Assembly (NCBI RefSeq): GCF_000143415.4
Contig: NW_003314261.1
Location: 4,380,691-4,444,690 of the forward strand
Direction: 5' to 3'
Length of the DNA: 64,000 nucleotides
From: Selaginella moellendorffii
Taxonomy: Eukaryota > Plantae > Lycopodiophyta
The position numbers and the translations under genes are program-made. Of the stretch, positions 14,401-25,598 are shown piece after piece (the first letter of the stretch is position 1; each line of letters opens with the position of its first letter). Below the pieces are notes generated by a model that saw only the letters and a list, made by a program, of their open reading frames with translations, was not told where the DNA came from and made no database searches.

Positions 14401-15462
14401 CATATCATAAGGTACAATAAGGTAACAATATCCATACCCAAGGAACCAATTGCGAAGCCTTTGCACCCAAACGTGTACCCACTCGGATCATCGTTTTCAT
14501 CTCTGCGTATGCAACAAGACTAGTTGCCCAATCTCATTGAATAGTACTCGCTGAGACTCATCCTCTGATACCAAATGTAGCGCACGTGGTTTTGACCCTT
14601 TATCCTATGGTGATTTACCATAGGATAACACCATGAAGCGGAACCTAAACCCTCTTTGTGCCACGTGACAGATGCCACGTGTCACATACCACGTGTCCGT
14701 GCCACGTGTCCATAGGAACCCGAGGTTCAGGGCCTTGGGCCACTGAACGAAGGAACGGTGCCAAACTCCCAAGCGTGACGCCAAGGAGTGATGGAACCGA
14801 ACCACGGAGCAACTCCCAAGCATACAGCCCAAGGAGCGAAGGGACAGGGGCCCGGAGTGACTTGGAACAGTCCTAGAGCAACCAGCATTCCAATGCCAGG
14901 ACCAACACGCAAAACGGAGTCTGGCGCTATTTCGGCATACCGGTGGCCTAACGCGAGGACATGGGTACTCCACCAGCTAGCATGGAATGGAACTTGGGCT
15001 TAGACCCAAGCCGGACGCAGAACAAGGACAGGCACGCAAGCGGGAGCTAGACTATGCCTCAGGTTGGTCGGCCATGCCCGACCTACCCACTATCCCTACT
15101 ATACATTTGGAACCCCCCATAGCCCCCCCCCCCTTGAGGAACACACGCTTTGGGCTTTCACCCCAAGCCTCCCTTAGTATCAGGAGTTAGTCTCTGGGAC
15201 AAGCTCGAAACTTACTAATTATGGAATGTCCCTAGATTGCGAATTTGGACACGGGACGAACACCATTGTGTTCAGAACGATCTCTACATTCCGTAGATAT
15301 GCCAAATGAGCAAATCTGGACACTTTCCATAAATAGCATTTGGGACGAATTAAGACTAACACAAAGGGCATGATAGCGAGGGTGTTTGGCAGACACGGTA
15401 AGCTATCATCTAGCGATGTTGAGGGACCAATCTCAATATCGCGGGGGTTCTTGATACTAGCA
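8430..15462 (-). mobile_element. Non-autonomous LARD-like LTR element (young copy) inserted in the chromovirus 3' LTR
   Basis: 3' LTR 8430-9574 (TGTAGCGC...GCGACA), PPT ctctccccccc at 9575. PBS for tRNA-iMet (rc TGGTATCAGAG) at ~14563-14573. 5' LTR 14576-15462 is truncated and differs from the other LTR by about ten substitutions and two small indels. The 5-kb interior has no long ORF. Confidence 0.9.
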
Positions 15463-18051
15463 TGTACCTTTGAATTAGCCTAATACAATTTCACAGTCTA
15501 AAACTGTTGGTAAGGCATGTTTAAGTATGAGACATGTACCACTATATAGTCCAGTCGATGGACATTCCTTAATAGAATAAAGTTAATACCTTTTTTAAGC
15601 AAGAGTTTATGTGGTGGAAGACCAAAAGAAGTAATAAAATTTAGGAATTCAACTGGAAAATCTTCTAGGTGTTCAGTATCAATAAAGTCAACACTTTTAT
15701 AAATATGTATATCCCCAGGTAAGGAAGAGATTATAGCATTATTAATAGAAAAATTATTATCATTAAGTGGGGTAAGTATGACTCTATTAGATGCAATATA
15801 AGGGTCTGAAATATCTTGTAAAGATGGGAAAACAAAATCAACAACAAAGGACATTATTACTTGTATGTAAGGAAATACAATAGATTCTAAGGCAAATTGG
15901 GTAAATTTACATAATTATTACCATTTTCAATTTGAAGAAGCCAATCAGCCCATAAAGAATTGTTTTCAATTAGTCTCATATTCATTTTTAGTGGAAGTAT
16001 TCTAAGAAAATTCCATAACCTATTCATTTTTACTGAATTTGAAATAATTTATGCTTGATGACCATGTGGAATAACTGGTAGTGTTTGTCTAAAGTCACCA
16101 CTTGCAATAATAACAATTCCTCCAAAAGCTAATTCATTTTTAAAATATTTTGTAATGCTAAATTAATGGCAGAAAATGCATATGTGCGAACCATATTAAT
16201 TTTATCCCATATTGACACATATGCAATTTTTTATTTTCTGGCCTACTTCACTATAAGCTATAATAATAAAAGTAGAAGTTTAATTTATTAGAACATGAAG
16301 TTTAAAAGTTATATATGATGTTTGACTATTATGCAGTAAAGTGCTTGCAATACTTGTTCAGGCTATATTAATTACATTTTTTTTAGAAGTTGAAATGTAT
16401 GTATAAGAGTGTTAAGTAAAAAAGTTTTACCAATACCACTAGCACCATCAATGAAAATATATCAATTTTTCTCGGTTGGGTTGTTAATTGTATTGAGGAT
16501 ATCATTATATATAATATGTTGTTCATCATTAAACCAAAGTAAATTTTGTTTTACAGAATGAATAAATTGTGTCAAATTAATATGATTATTTATATCAAAA
16601 TTTGTATAAGATAAAGGCAATTCATACTCTTGATTGGATTTTCTATATAGATTGAATTTCCTATTTATATCATATAAAGGATGCTTATAACAAAGTAATG
16701 GATCTGTTAATATAAAATCTTCAAGAAAAGAGTTTTTGAATTTTTCCCATAAATTATAAAGATTTTTTGGACTACAAAAGACATATGAAAAACAAATAAT
16801 TGTCTTAATTCTGGTGGCATTTTAAAAGAGCAAGTATCTTTTAAATATTTTTCTCATTCTATATCATCTGCTAGAAGTCTCATAACAAATGCAATAAGTT
16901 AAAATGTTTATAAAGCATAAATGCTAAAGTTCAGTATTAAATGGGGAAAAAAAATACATTCGTGAGATAATATTTTATTGATGTTTAATCTGCCATTGGT
17001 GAGTGTGTTTATTATATATATAATGTAAAGGAATTTCAAGATACACATAGTACCTTACATTTGAATAATATCTATTTAATTCAAACTATTTTGTTAATAT
17101 AGTACTATTTTGAGTAGCTTTTCGATGTTTAATTTACTCATTATCTTTGATGGACTTTTCCAATTTAAAATGTATAGCCATTTAACACCTATAATCTGTC
17201 TTCTTTTTCATTTAGAAAATTTTCAATCCATATAACTTTTGGAGTAGAAACATAACAAGTATTTAAAAAACTTGAAATTTCATCAAAATTTAAACAATTA
17301 TTATATTGTTGAGTTGCTAAATGGATTTCAATAGTGGCACAGTTATAGCCTTTGTAAACATATTGAATTAAATATTTAATGCTATTTATAATTGCACATA
17401 TTTCAATATTTATATGAGCTTTATATTGTTTACAGAGGTACTTGTTATAAGGTACAACCTAACAGTTATCCATATGATAACCATTTTTAAAAATTGTATG
17501 TTTGTTGTTTAGTCCATAATAATCTAGATATACATTAATTGAAAATGTTGTTTCATAATTAAATTTTTTTGGAAAACCTTTCGAGCAAGAACCATTTTTC
17601 ATGCAAGGATTATTAGGATAAAAAAGTCCATACAGTCCATACATCATATACAACATAACTATTTCAAAGAGTTTAAGCTTATCACAAGGATTTGGTAAGC
17701 TAGCCATGATATATTAATTAATTGCATCGTGGTCTTTAATTTTATTTTTATAGGCTAAAATTTTTAGAAAATAATAATGTGGGAGACCTATTTTTTGGAA
17801 CTCAATTACGTATATATAAAGACTAAATTAGGACAGTCTTTAAGACCTTTATTTGGATGTAAATTTTTTATAGCTTTTAGCCATTTAAAGTTTCAAGTGA
17901 AAGTAATGAAAATATTTGGTTTTGAGTAATGAGCAACAATTGCCATTACATCTTGATAATTTTGTTGCATTGTTCTAAGTCCACCACCAAAAGTTGATGG
18001 TAATATAACAATTTTACCGTGGTTCATATTTTCATTTGAAGTATGATTTGC
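15463..18051 (-). mobile_element. Degraded Helitron Rep/Pif1-helicase fragment
   Basis: ILPSTFGGG.RTMQQNYQD.MAIV..YSKPNIFITFT (Rep), CMKNGSCSKGFPK, and ILTPLN...FPVEFLN...GLPPHKLLLKKG (Pif1 helicase). AT-rich, many stops. Confidence 0.9.
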
Positions 18052-18916
18052 AACAGGGAGCAATGGCACTGGAGCACATAGCAACTCCCGAATGTATAGC
18101 CCGAGGAGCGAAAGGACAGAAGCATGGAACAACTTAGAACAATCCTAGAACAACCAACATCCCAATACCAAGACCAGCACGCAAAATGGAGTCAAACGGA
18201 GTGTAGCACTATTTCAACATACCGGTGAAGCTCTATTTCGTTAAAGTGGGATTTATTCAGTAAAATGGGACTAGGTACAAATTTTCAAGTATTTGAAAAT
18301 GACGTGAAATTATATGTTTTTTGTCCAGGGGCTAGACATATCTGGGGCATGGTGACTAGCGCGGTGACTTTGTGTCCAGACTGAGTCCATCTAGTTGTAT
18401 AATAAATCTCATTGTCAAGGTGAACAAGCCAAATCTGAAGCTAAAGAAGAGCGATGGCATGCGCGCACACACTATTTGTTTGTTCATTGAGCGTGTGGTG
18501 AGCTTTCCAAGATGAACGTCATTCCTATTAGCCAGACATATAACTTAATGGTGAGAACATTTAGATATTATTCAATGTTATCTTTTTCTAACGAATCTAA
18601 TTGTGAAGGTGTAGCAAGAGGCATTGCTAGTCTGGAGAAGTCATTTAACTCATTTGACCCTTAGTGTATTTTCATGAAACTAAATAACATTCATATTATT
18701 AAGGAATTTCTCTAGTACCTTTTTTTTACGACATAGAGGCTTGCATTTCTTTCAAAGGTGATTTAGTAAAAGGCCTGAGGGCACATGCCATTCTATTTCT
18801 CAGACCGGTATTAAGATATACTAGTGCAAAGGGCCACATGCCATCACGCCTCCTCTGATTCAGATTCGGATTGTTCACCTTGAAATAAAATACATTAGAA
18901 ACTTAGTAAAGGAATA

Positions 18917-21900
18917 TTAATGAATCTCACCTTGAACCCGGGTTATGAATGCTCTTGCTGCATCTCTTGCATGGTCTGGCAAGGTGATGGTGGCACTCTG
19001 CTTCCGCATCCAACCATGCACAACATTATCCACTGATATGCTCATGCTGGGATCCCTTGGATTCAGCACCCATCTCTTTTCTAGGCAATCCTTCGTATAT
19101 CCGGAACTTGGCTTGAACCACTCCACAGTTACATTGAAGGAGTTAGTTTCCGCGTCCTCCTCTGCATCAGTGATGCAGCACCCCACCCATATCATTTGTT
19201 TTTTATTACTGGGTCTGACAAGCACAACCATTCCTTTGCAGACCTGTACTGGATTGAATGCTGAATCCGGCTTCTTGTTCCTCGGCCCACAATAGTGATC
19301 CTCAACATCGTTATCTGTCATTGCATTTCCAGAGGACATTGTTCCGCTACTATCTGGTGCTCTGGGTTCTGGCCAAAAGGACTCTTCCAATTCTTCATAT
19401 ACAACCGGCCCATTTTGGATAGCAGATATAATCTTCTCCCAGTATTCGAGCAAAGGCTTGCACCTCTTAAAATAGGATTCTCCACCAAACACCAACCCCC
19501 TCTTCCAGAAGGCAATATGCTGTCTAATCCCGGCCACTATACTTTCCTGGTCTTTGAGTCCATCCGGGTGCATCGGCCGTGGGGAACCCTGAGGAATCAT
19601 AGGTTCCCCAGTTATGGGATCTCTCTTGAAGAGTTCAATGCCGTCCACTGGCAGCCACACTGTGTCCCATTCTCTCATCTTGTACCTCATCACTGGAGCA
19701 CCGTCACGTATGCTGAAATGAAACTGAAGAGGCTTGGAGTGGCCAATCAGCGTTTCGGATCCGTCCCTGATGTAGCCTCTTACAAACCCCTTAAAGTCTG
19801 GAACCTCTGTCACAAGTGCAGCTTCAACAGTGCCTTTGATGCAATTTTGGAATTCATCGTAGAGTTGTGGGAGGGTGAGGACATTGGATCGCCGGAGGGA
19901 CTCTACCAGGTGACTGAACATGGCATCGACGTCTTCATGAGTGTGCCCAACCATGAGAAAGCCAAGTGTAACCGTTTCAAATATGCCTTTGGCAACAAGC
20001 ATCGCCAAGTACGCGAAGACGTATATGTTTTTGTTCTCACTGCCAGCATTGTCTGTTTGGAGCAGAAGATGGGGTGGAAGGCCACATCGGCCGCAAGAAC
20101 TTCCTTGAGATTCTGCTTCATTTGGATGAGGCTGTGCATTCACCGGGCGACCAGCCTCGTCGGAATGGCATGAGGCCTCACCTGATAACCCTACAATCTA
20201 ACGGCTAACATATTCACTGGGATGGCATGGGGCCCCACGCGATACTGCAAGCCTTTGCTCCTCCTCCAGCTGAACCCTGTATGGGGTTCGATCGACAAGG
20301 GCCTTATGCAAGGGTTGGCCGTTCAGCTCAGTCTGCGCACTTTGTAGAGACCTTAAGTGTTTTGCTAGGGACGCAATCATCATGTTTGCACCCCTGCCAC
20401 CCCATAGAGGTACAAAGAAGTTCCCATAGTTCTGGGCACCATGCCCATGAGCGATTATGCCAAACAGAGACACAGGCAGCTGCATGGATGAAGAGATTGC
20501 CTTGGGGGCAGGATTGAGTCGAGGTAAGCACGTCTTTTTCTGGTCCATTTTGTCGTGGATGATGCAGAGGTAAGAGTCAGGTCTCTCCATGGAGAGAATC
20601 CTGTTATGATAATATGCAGTCCTGTAGCTTCTCTGCTCAATGTTGTGGTCGAGCCGCCTTCTAACCAACATCTCTCGCTCTTGAGCGCTGCAAGAATTCT
20701 TTGACAAAGCCATTTTGATAGCAGTGCACTTGTCACACTTTGAAAAGCTGGAGTACTTTCCTATACTCACATCCCTGAACCTGTTGCTCCACAATCTACT
20801 AAATCTAGATTGGCTCAGCTTCCTGTAGCCATTACTCTGGAGTTCCCGATTCACATCTTCCAATATGGCCCCCTTGGTATACATGGAAGGGAGAACTCGT
20901 TGGGTGTCTCGTGTTCCATCTTCCAAGAGGCGGGTTTTATGTGGTTGCTGCTCGCTACATGTCTCGACAAACCTCTTGAAGATTGCCTCTCCATATACAA
21001 CATGACCCCTAGTTTTGTGCGTACCGTCGTTCCCATGGACTGCCTGTTGAACCCTTTGTTCCTCGAACTCAGTTTTGATTCTGTAGAATGTGGTTCGAGG
21101 GACTCCATAAATGATTCTCCATGCCTTCATGCAGACCAAACCCCTCTGGAAGACCATGCCCCCCACCTAATGTTCTGAAGCATCAACAGATGACCGTAAT
21201 GCCTCATACACAAAATTGCGAGCTGCCTTCCAGGACAATGTCTTGTATCTTGCTCTCTCCTCTTCAATAGCATCCCAATCAGCATGTTGACAGCACCTCC
21301 TCTTGCAACAAGCAACTGTCGAGACCATTCGAACCTCCATCGCCATTTTCTGCCTTTTCGGTTCGTTACTCAGATCCCTTTGGCTGCGCTGTAGGAAGGT
21401 GTACTTTCTTTTCCCATGAAGAGATGTTCTGTCATCAGTTGTAGTGGTGTTTGATTGTGAATCCTTCACATTCTCAAACACTAAATGCCTCAATTTCCAC
21501 GGCACAATGCTTCCAATAGTCAGACTGTTTTCTTCTGTGTCAACAACCTCTAAAATTGCAACTCCAATATCATCCCAGCCCAATTCTTGATTAGCAACCG
21601 CATCTCTTGGATCGACAACTGTGGCTAAGCCCTCAGCTACCACCTCCCCCTCGGGGTTGTTTAGAAACACCTTTGCCTGAATCCATGTAGCACGGTTCTT
21701 AAGATCCACGGAGGGAACATGCGTCGCACTTGCGCTGTCCCCAACATCTGCTTTCTTCTACAGATTTTTCAAGGCAACAACAACATTTACCCCGACGACC
21801 ATCTCTCCTCGTTCAATAGCGACCAAATTCCCATCAAAGACAGTCTCTACTGATACAGCAGCATTGCCTTCCCCAAGCCTTTGACAGTGTATAACAAAGT

Positions 21901-21985
21901 TCCGATCCATAGACACAAGGGTCCCTTTTGCAACTCTCTTCCCACCATTCAAAATGTAAACCTTTTCCCCAACCCTGAAGGCCAT
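18917..21985 (-). pseudogene. Sola3-like DDD transposase (~1,020 codons) with three in-frame TAG stops
   Basis: Four consecutive ORFs (21758-21985, 21167-21709, 20198-21166, 18917-20143) lie in one frame, separated only by TAG. Motifs CCKRRCC, FSKCDKC, IIHDKMDQKKT, LQTDNAGSENKN, FLMVGHTHEDVDAMFS. Family assignment is from motif recall. Confidence 0.85.
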
Positions 21986-22164
21986 TCTGAAAGTGCAGAA
22001 AAGAAGTTAAGACCATACAAAAAATAATTGGAGAATGGCCTAAATCATAACATACCAAATAGCATGAGGCCACATGCCATTATTCAAACATGCTATTGAC
22101 ACCCACGTGAAATTTCGCATTCACAAAATTGGCATGAGCCCTCATGCCATTAGTAGTACCACTA

Positions 22165-22356
22165 ATGGCATGAGGCCTCACGCTATCTTTGGCCCCTGCT
22201 AGCCTGTTGCTATATTCCTTTTGCCTTGTTGCAACTGTATATATTTTTGTGTGCGTGACTAGTCACCCATACAAAAATATATACAGTTGCAGCAAGGCAA
22301 AAGGAATATGGCAATAGGCTAGTAGGGGCCAAAGATGGCATGAGGCCTCATGCCAT
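22165..22356. repeat. 192-bp near-perfect palindrome (96-bp arms, no spacer) capped by two 22-bp palindromic motifs
   Basis: Centre gtgact|agtcac at 22260/22261; 8 mismatches between the arms. Confidence 0.95.
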
Positions 22357-22542
22357 CTTGATATACACACAGCTGCAGGCAAGTAAAAACATACATAACA
22401 ATACGCTAGCCATGAAATTGCAAGGGCCCAAGATGGCATGTGGCCTCATGCCATTTCTAAATGTGGTCCTAAACCATTCCATGGTGAACATACCAGGAAG
22501 CACAAGTGCCGAATATCAAGAGGAAGCGGTAGCCACACCAAG

Positions 22543-22735
22543 GTAGTGCCGCTCGCAACACCGCAACTACTCGTAGCGCCGCTCGCAACACCGCAACTGC
22601 TCGTAGCGCCGCTCGCACAAACTGCCACTCGCATAAACTGCCGCTCGCAATGGCGCTCGCAATGCCGCAACCGCTTGTAGATGCATAAACCACAGCTCAC
22701 AATGCCGCTTACACAAGCAGCGCTCACTGCGCTCA
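22543..22735. repeat. 30-bp tandem repeat (gtagcgccgctcgcaacaccgcaactactc) decaying into GCCGCTCGCA units
   Basis: Direct reading; about 3 clear units plus degenerate ones. Confidence 0.8.
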
Positions 22736-22989
22736 GCAGAACCAAGAACACGGCGCACAAAAATGATAGACCTAGGAATGAGTTCGAGAATTCAAAAATA
22801 ACACACGCTTGAACGTCACATCAAATCCTCTGACAAACCAGATCTTATGATTCCTCTGACAAATTTCAAACTGAGTAGCTTCTAGACTTTGCTGTCGGAG
22901 GTTGAACTTTGTCACATCATGTCCTTGCCTCGATCCAGCTGTGCCATGTCAGTGATTCGAACTTTGCCATGCCATGTCAGCGATCCGCG

Positions 22990-24827
22990 CCAAGATTATT
23001 CGCCGTGTAAAGGAATAATTATGCTGTGTGTGTACGTCCATTTATGGCAATATAAGGCCACATGCCATTCAAAGAATAATGCTAGTCGAGCATCTTTTGG
23101 TGCATTTTTGGGTTCAAAATTGCATGAGCCCACACGCTATAAAGTTTACCTGTACCAAAAATAGAAACAGCTTTATTTACTTGGGAATTTATATGGTTGA
23201 GGCATTTTTAAACTTACAAACACATGCCCTACTTACATTCCTTTGGTTGCTTAAAATTCAAAAATATTATAAACCTTTCTTTTTGCATTTTCAATGTTTT
23301 CAATTATGGTTTTTGATTTTCGCAGGACCAGCCTAGTAATCTATTTGCATCCCGTCATGTTTATAGCTAGCTTTTGTTTGTCCCCTTCGCTAGCCTGAGA
23401 TACATCTGCTCGGCATCTGCCTCTTACAGCATTTGCCCAGAAAGGGCATCTTTCTTCACGCAGCATTTGCCACATGTTTAGGGTTTAGGGTTTAGCAATT
23501 CAGTAGCTTGATAAACATGCAAATACAGAACTTGATGCAAAATCCTTTGATATGTCACAATGCCCCTAGGACCATAAACACATTTCAATAGAGAGGGTCC
23601 TTTCATTTCATAACTCCTTACGTAGATCTTGGTGAAACCAGAGTTAGTGAAGTTGGTTTCTTGTGATCCCGCATCTGATTGTGATGTCCCTTTGCAGTGT
23701 CGATGGAAAGGTCAATGCACACCAAACTGTAGAATCTTGGAGCAAAATAACAGTCGGATCTATGGCAAATGCCCCTGAAACATTGTAAGGCTCGTGTGGT
23801 CTCATGTGGTGTCCGATCGAGATGCTTCTTTGCAGGGTCATCAAGAAGGACATTGTATACCATTCTGTAAAATCTAGTTGCGATCTAACGGTTGGATCTC
23901 CAGGAAACTCAAAACAATCTCGCGCGTGTTAGAATATTCTAGGAATATACTCCTATGTGCTCCAAGATTATTCGCCGTGTAAAGGAATAATTATGCTGTG
24001 TCATTTATGGCAATATAAGGCCACATGCCATTCAAAGAATAATGCTAGTCGAGCATTTTTTGGTGCATTTTTGGGTTCAAAATTGCATGAGCCCACACGC
24101 TATAAAGTTTACCTGTACCAAAAATAGAAACAGCTTTATTTACTTGGGAATTTAAGTGGTTGAGGCATTTTTAAACTTACAAACACATGCCCTACTTACA
24201 TTCCTTTGGTTGCTTACATTCTTTTGGTTGCTAGCTTTCGTTTGTCCCCTTCACTAGCCTGAGATACATCTGCTCGGCATCTGCCTCTTACAGCATTTGC
24301 CCAGAAAGGGCATCTTTCTTCACGCAGCATTTGCCACATGTTTAGGGTTTAGGGTTTAGCAATTCAGTAGCTTGATAAACATGCAAATACAGAACTTGAT
24401 GCAAAATCCTTGGATATGTCACAATGCCCCTAGGACCATAAACACATTTTAATAGAGAGGGTCCTTTCATTTCATAACTCCTTACGTAGATCTTGGTGAA
24501 ACCAGAGTTAGTGAAGTTGGTTTCTTGTGATCCCGCATCTGATTGTGATGTCCCTTTGCAGTGTCGATGGAAAGGTCAATGCACACCAAACTGTAGAATC
24601 TTGGAGCAAAATAACGGTCGGATCTATGGCAAATGCCCCTGAAACATTGTAAGGCTCGTGTGGTCTCATGTGGTGTCCGATCGAGATGCTTCTTTGCAGG
24701 GTCATCAAGAAGGACATTGTATACCATTTTGTAAAATCTAGTTGCGATCTAACGGTTGGATCTCCAGGAAACTCAAAACAATCTCGCCCGTGTCAGAATA
24801 TTCTAGGAATATACTCCTATGTGCTCC
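22990..24827. repeat. Tandem duplication (~970 bp + ~865 bp) inside the transposon; each copy has (TTTAGGG)2.7
   Basis: ccaagattattcgccgtgtaaagg at 22990 and 23961; near-identical ORF pairs 23618/24482 and 23644/24508; telomere-type repeats at 23477-23495 and 24341-24359. Confidence 0.95.
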
Positions 24828-25598
24828 TGAAAATGGCATGCGGCCCCACGCCATTCAAGAGATAACGCCAGATGACGCCGAGCATTTTTTGGTGCATTTT
24901 TTGGGATCAAAATTGCATGAGCCCACATGCTTGAACGTCACATCAAATCCTCTGACAATTTATTTAGCTGAACATTTGGCATTTTTGGAAATACAAGATG
25001 CTTTGGAATATCCAATCATGCATGGTATAAATATAGCGAGGGTATTAAATGATATCCCAATCATGATCTTTCTTTTGGATTTCGCGTGCATGCAGTCCGA
25101 GGAATGATGACGTTGCGGATTTCTTTTGGATTTCACGCATGCGCGCGCCGATCCAGAAATTAATGGTGGCGCCCAAGTCCAAGAAATGATGACGTGGCGG
25201 GATTACCAACCGTCGTGACATTTCACACGTGTGAGGTTAGGTTTTGCATTTTGCTTCGTACTCGCGCTCGCATTGCGCTCCCACTCGCGCTCCCACTTCT
25301 CTACAGGTTTCTCGTGTGCATCGGCATCCACTCGCGCTTGCATCACACTCGCGCTCGCATCGCGCTTGCATCGCGCTCGTGTGCATCGGCGTCCACTTCA
25401 AGACACACCCAGTTTGTAACTTCGCCGCCAACTCCGCCGCCCACTCCGCCACCCACACGCAGCCCACTTGGCATCCCGGAAGATTTCAGCGCCACTCTCC
25501 AACTGTAAGTGGCAGAGTAGCCTTGCTGCTACGATCCGCTGCACACACAGTGCATATTCGCCAGCGAGTCCGGTTGTCACGCCTCCATTCGGCTTCAA

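Noticed and set aside
18917-21985. Programmed stop-codon readthrough or U-to-C editing of the three in-frame TAGs
   Set aside because: The same TAG-only pattern occurs in the unrelated chromovirus; CAG-to-TAG decay is simpler and no shared readthrough context is visible.
23477-24359. Chromosome end or telomere-healing site
   Set aside because: Fewer than three TTTAGGG units, internal to a duplicated transposon segment.
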